A stretch of 64,000 nucleotides of DNA from NCBI GenBank assembly GCA_026395295.1, contig JAPLYZ010000012.1, positions 65,299-129,298 on the forward strand, read 5' to 3'. The stretch comes from Candidatus Staskawiczbacteria bacterium (GTDB taxonomy: Bacteria; Patescibacteriota; Minisyncoccia; Minisyncoccales; Staskawiczbacteraceae). The position numbers and the translations under genes were made by a program. Below, in pieces: positions 61,730 to 64,000 of the stretch; positions within the stretch are counted from its first letter, which is position 1, and each line of letters starts with the position of its first letter. The notes beneath the pieces are model-generated. The model ran no database searches, was not told the DNA's origin, and saw only the letters and a list, made by a program, of their open reading frames with translations.

Positions 61730-61779
61730 ATGGGCAAAACGTTAATAATTACAAGAGCCGCCTTTGGGCGGTTTTTGGT
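61730..61779 (+). repeat. Right copy of the 50-bp direct repeat (rpsI 3' remnant plus terminator)
   Basis: Identical to 60694-60743. Similarity resumes after a ~15-bp indel (GGTTGGGTATTTC versus GGTTGGGGTATTTAC at 60753-60767). Confidence 0.75.
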
Positions 61780-61802
61780 TGGGTATTTCTATCGCAAAAA
61801 GC

Positions 61803-61832
61803 TTGACAGCGTATGTTGATATATGGTATAAT
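61803..61832 (+). promoter_or_regulatory. Strong sigma70-type promoter with extended -10
   Basis: TTGACA (61803-61808), 18-nt spacer ending TGG, TATAAT (61827-61832). Confidence 0.55.
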
Positions 61833-61986
61833 TAATAATAGGGTAGGTTCTTTAAAAGAGAGTGTTCACAACAGCGCGCTTCGGTGTTTAAAGCACGGGA
61901 TTGGGCTGTTATGAACACTGAACAAAACATGCAGGAGGTTGCGTGCGTAAGGGTGCGGAAAGAAAGAGCCTGTTCTTGTTGAAGAA

Positions 61987-62118
61987 ATGCCCGAAGGCAT
62001 AGTGCTAGATACTAAACAGGCGGAAAGGTCCCTAATGGAAGGGGAGCCGACGCTGGTTTACGTCTGCGACAAGTGCGAGAAATTACTGGACGCCCTCCGC
62101 GCCCAGCAGAAGAATTAA
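61987..62118 (+). CDS. Possible 43-aa CxxC peptide
   Basis: Read by eye: MPEGIVLDTKQAERSLMEGEPTLVYVCDKCEKLLDALRAQQKN*; no clear RBS. Confidence 0.25.
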   Translation: MPEGIVLDTKQAERSLMEGEPTLVYVCDKCEKLLDALRAQQKN

Positions 62119-62148
62119 ACAAGTATGCGGTTCTACTAAAAACCGCAG

Positions 62149-62177
62149 AGCTAGGTCAGACCTAGCTTCTTTTTTTT
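62149..62177 (+). terminator. Rho-independent terminator
   Basis: 8-bp stem AGCTAGGT/ACCTAGCT with loop CAG, followed by TCTTTTTTTT. It is preceded by a second hairpin GCGGTT...AACCGC (62127-62146). Confidence 0.7.
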
Positions 62178-62198
62178 GTTTTGAGCTTGCCAAAAAAT

Positions 62199-62226
62199 TT
62201 GACAATTTCTTGTTAGTTGATAATAT
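62199..62226 (+). promoter_or_regulatory. Promoter of the PurM-like gene
   Basis: TTGACA (62199-62204), 16-nt spacer, TAATAT (62221-62226). Confidence 0.5.
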
Positions 62227-62261
62227 CACATTAGCACCTAAAAAACTTAACTTCCGAAATT

Positions 62262-63170
62262 ATGAAAAGCAAGACAATGACTTATGCTGATGTTGGCGTT
62301 GATTACGAAGCCATGGATCCATTCAAGCGCATGGCGCAATTGGCCGGGCGTGAAACCTCGGGCAATATCGCTCGGCTGAACGGCGGGGAATTCCATGAGC
62401 GCAGAGATAGTCGCGGAGACAGCGTTTACCTTATTGAGACGCAGGACAGCTATTTAGCGCACGTTGAAGAAGGTCTCGGCACAAAGAACCTCGTCGCTGA
62501 CGCAATGTACAAGCTTACGGGAAAGTCGTACTACGACCAAATAGCCCAGGATGCAGTGGCAATGATAGTCAATGACATGATTACGCTCGGCGCTTTACCG
62601 CTTTCGGTGGCGATGCACCTTGCGGTTGGCGATTCCAATTGGTTCGAAGATGAAGAGCGTTGCCACGACCTTGTTGCTGGTTGGAGAGGGGCCTGTGATT
62701 TGGCTCGATGCGTCTGGGGCGGGGGCGAAACACCAACACTTAAAGACATCGTGGCGCCGGGCACAGTTGTTCTTTCCGGTTCGGCGATGGGTATTGTGAA
62801 GCCTAAAAATCGGCTGATTAGAGGAAATATCAAGCCTGGCGATGCAATTATTCTTGTTCAGAGTTCTGGTATTCATGCCAATGGACTCACCCTTGCGCGG
62901 AGGATTGCCGATAAATTGCCAAACGGGTACAACACGGAATTGAGTGGTGGTACTTATGGACAGGCTTTGCTTTCTCCGACGCACATCTATGTCGGGCTTG
63001 TGGAGGATTGCCTCAATGCCGGCATAGATATTCACTATGCTGTTAACATCACCGGTCATGGCTGGCGCAAGCTCATGCGTTCGATGAGATCATTTACTTA
63101 CGTGATTGAGCGCTTGCCAGCCCAGTTCCCGATATTTGATTTCATTCAGAGGCATGGGAGTATTTTCTAA
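62262..63170 (+). CDS. AIR-synthase (PurM)-related protein, 3'-truncated by IS insertion
   Basis: YADVGVDYEAMD N-terminus and GLGTKNL, GGGETP, GIHANGLTLAR resemble the PurM superfamily. ...FPIFDFIQRHGSI aligns with PurM WP.VF.WLQ..G.V, but the following EM..TFN.G region is missing. ~52% GC. Confidence 0.55.
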   Translation: MKSKTMTYADVGVDYEAMDPFKRMAQLAGRETSGNIARLNGGEFHERRDSRGDSVYLIETQDSYLAHVEEGLGTKNLVADAMYKLTGKSYYDQIAQDAVAMIVNDMITLGALPLSVAMHLAVGDSNWFEDEERCHDLVAGWRGACDLARCVWGGGETPTLKDIVAPGTVVLSGSAMGIVKPKNRLIRGNIKPGDAIILVQSSGIHANGLTLARRIADKLPNGYNTELSGGTYGQALLSPTHIYVGLVEDCLNAGIDIHYAVNITGHGWRKLMRSMRSFTYVIERLPAQFPIFDFIQRHGSIF

Positions 63171-64000
63171 TCAAGAAAGGATCCTGAAATCTCGGACATG
63201 ACTTTGTTGGAAAAGGTTGTCGGGAATTGGAGCTTTTGACCTTTAAAATTATTGAATAATTTCTCTTTTTCTTTTTGCATAAACCCGGCGAATTCGTTGT
63301 CGGAGGATGAAAGAGCTATCTTGTCTAAATCTGTAAAAGTGACATTGGGTTTTAAATATTGTTTTGCGTTTTTCAGTGATTTTAATTTTGCATATGGCGT
63401 CAGATATGTTTTGTAAATCTTTTTCTCTTTTCCGCGTTTGTCGGTTGTGATTGTTGGATATCCGCACGGCCTGTGAAAATTAAGGTAATCGTTAAAGCAA
63501 CTTTTGTAAAATTCATTGAAGTGTTTGGCATATCCCTTGGCAATAAATCTGTATCCGATATGTTTCCTGATGATAAAGTTGTTCTTGCCCTCAACCAAAC
63601 CATTGTCGTTTGAATGTCGGGGTCTCGATTTGGTCTGCGAAATCAATAGTTTGTTCAACAATTCAGCCACCACCTTGTTGATGTATTCGGAACCGTTGTC
63701 GGAATGGAAATTGATTATTGAAAAAGGAAACTGACTTAACAAGTCTTCTAATAGCGGCAAAAGATATTCTTCTGAGATTCTCTCAACGCATCCGATGATT
63801 TCCCACTGAGTGACTTCGTCAACAATGTTAATGTGATAAATTCCTTTTTCCTTGTCCAAATCCCCTTGGTGAACCGTATCCACCCGCAGGAATCCGGGCA
63901 GACCATTGTTCTCGGGCTTTGTTCTTCTGCCAATTAGAATCTTTACAGGGTTGGTTTTCTTGACAGTCACGCTATGTGAAACATATTGCCTTGTCGCGCG
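63160..64000 (-). mobile_element. Insertion sequence (partial in window) disrupting the PurM-like gene
   Basis: rve transposase, an abrupt GC drop at ~63130-63165 and loss of the PurM-like C-terminus. The exact IS end cannot be set without the other terminus. Confidence 0.55.
63167..64000 (-). CDS. DDE transposase with rve (integrase-core) domain, 5' end beyond the window
   Basis: D (LRVDTVHQGD), D (FHSDNGSEY), E (NGLVEGKN). The frame stays open upstream of GTG 63970 to the window edge. Its stop overlaps the PurM-like stop (CTAA). Confidence 0.8.
   Translation of the reverse strand, partial: RATRQYVSHSVTVKKTNPVKILIGRRTKPENNGLPGFLRVDTVHQGDLDKEKGIYHINIVDEVTQWEIIGCVERISEEYLLPLLEDLLSQFPFSIINFHSDNGSEYINKVVAELLNKLLISQTKSRPRHSNDNGLVEGKNNFIIRKHIGYRFIAKGYAKHFNEFYKSCFNDYLNFHRPCGYPTITTDKRGKEKKIYKTYLTPYAKLKSLKNAKQYLKPNVTFTDLDKIALSSSDNEFAGFMQKEKEKLFNNFKGQKLQFPTTFSNKVMSEISGSFLD

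Larger units (their letters stand above)
60694..61779 (+). mobile_element. ~1-kb integrase-less element (HTH-Doc TA module plus small TM protein) flanked by 50-bp direct repeats, in tandem with the prophage
   Basis: A perfect 50-bp direct repeat (60694-60743 / 61730-61779) brackets three ORFs; the repeat is the same rpsI-3' att region used by the prophage. Confidence 0.6.
61840..62177 (+). other. Orphan ~335-nt transcription unit: structured 5' region plus small CxxC ORF (or an ncRNA), GC-richer than the host
   Basis: Bounded by the promoter above and a strong terminator. 14-bp stem GTGTTCACAACAGC/GCTGTTATGAACAC (1 mismatch) encloses a UUCG-type loop. No ORF of 60 aa or more. Confidence 0.4.

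Noticed and set aside
61840-62177. Possible RNase P RNA or SRP RNA. GUAAGGGUGCGGAAAGAAAGAGC resembles the RNase P CR-II/III region, and GGAAAGGUCC resembles the P4 GGAAAGUCC or SRP helix 8
   Set aside because: The two RNase-P-like strings are in the wrong order. The ACAGAA..CGGCUUA element is missing, and no P1 pairing of the ends is evident. The SRP GGAA-tetraloop/AGCA context is also not reproduced. Left as unknown pending an Infernal scan.
1-64000. CRISPR arrays, diversity-generating retroelement (RT plus TR/VR), tRNA/tmRNA genes, rRNA
   Set aside because: I found no regularly spaced short repeats, no reverse-transcriptase motif (YxDD) in any listed ORF, no cloverleaf-like sequence or GGTTCGAATCC-type T-arm at the att sites, and no rRNA-like stretch. 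This was a visual scan only, so small RNAs could have been missed.
1-64000. Alternative genetic code (UGA recoding, as in some CPR lineages)
   Set aside because: Conserved genes (adk, rpsI-adjacent genes, terL and others) end at TGA, TAA or TAG at the expected lengths. No conserved protein is interrupted by in-frame TGA.

Overview
Low-GC (~37%) bacterial chromosome segment using the standard genetic code. It looks like a reduced Patescibacteria/CPR-type genome; this is an inference from N-terminally extended S9/S11, a short AlaRS and few Shine-Dalgarno sites. All calls come from reading motifs in the supplied translations and DNA; no searches were run.

Layout:
1. 1-1742: secY (3' end), adk, map.
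2. 1.8-5.3 kb: a defence-type cluster. It holds an OLD-like ATPase-Toprim gene, then a promoter-driven, tightly overlapping operon: truncated m5C-methyltransferase fragment, PD-(D/E)xK protein, small ORFs, vsr.
3. tpiA, carrying two in-frame repeat-bounded insertions, and a DUF458-like gene.
4. 6.8-9.9 kb: a block at ~50-60% GC (fucose-isomerase-like gene plus secreted protein). This is probably HGT or an assembly chimera.
5. alaS, a membrane protein, then infA-rpmJ-rpsM-rpsK-rpsD-rpoA-rplQ-rplM-rpsI.
6. 17393-60701: an apparently intact 43.3-kb prophage inserted in the last codons of rpsI. The phage re-supplies the K-R-stop codons synonymously and adds a terminator. It encodes terminase, portal, capsid, fibres, a lysis cassette and a tyrosine integrase.
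7. 60694-61779: a 1-kb integrase-less HTH-Doc element flanked by 50-bp repeats of the native rpsI 3' end and terminator.
8. A GC-richer orphan transcription unit, then a PurM-like gene truncated by an rve-transposase IS that runs off the window.

The strongest candidate for something new is a 3,903-aa polyvalent protein in the prophage (ART-like + N6-MTase + SNF2 helicase + HExxH + membrane segments), preceded by PG-binding and LysM proteins.

I saw no rRNA, tRNA, CRISPR array or reverse transcriptase.
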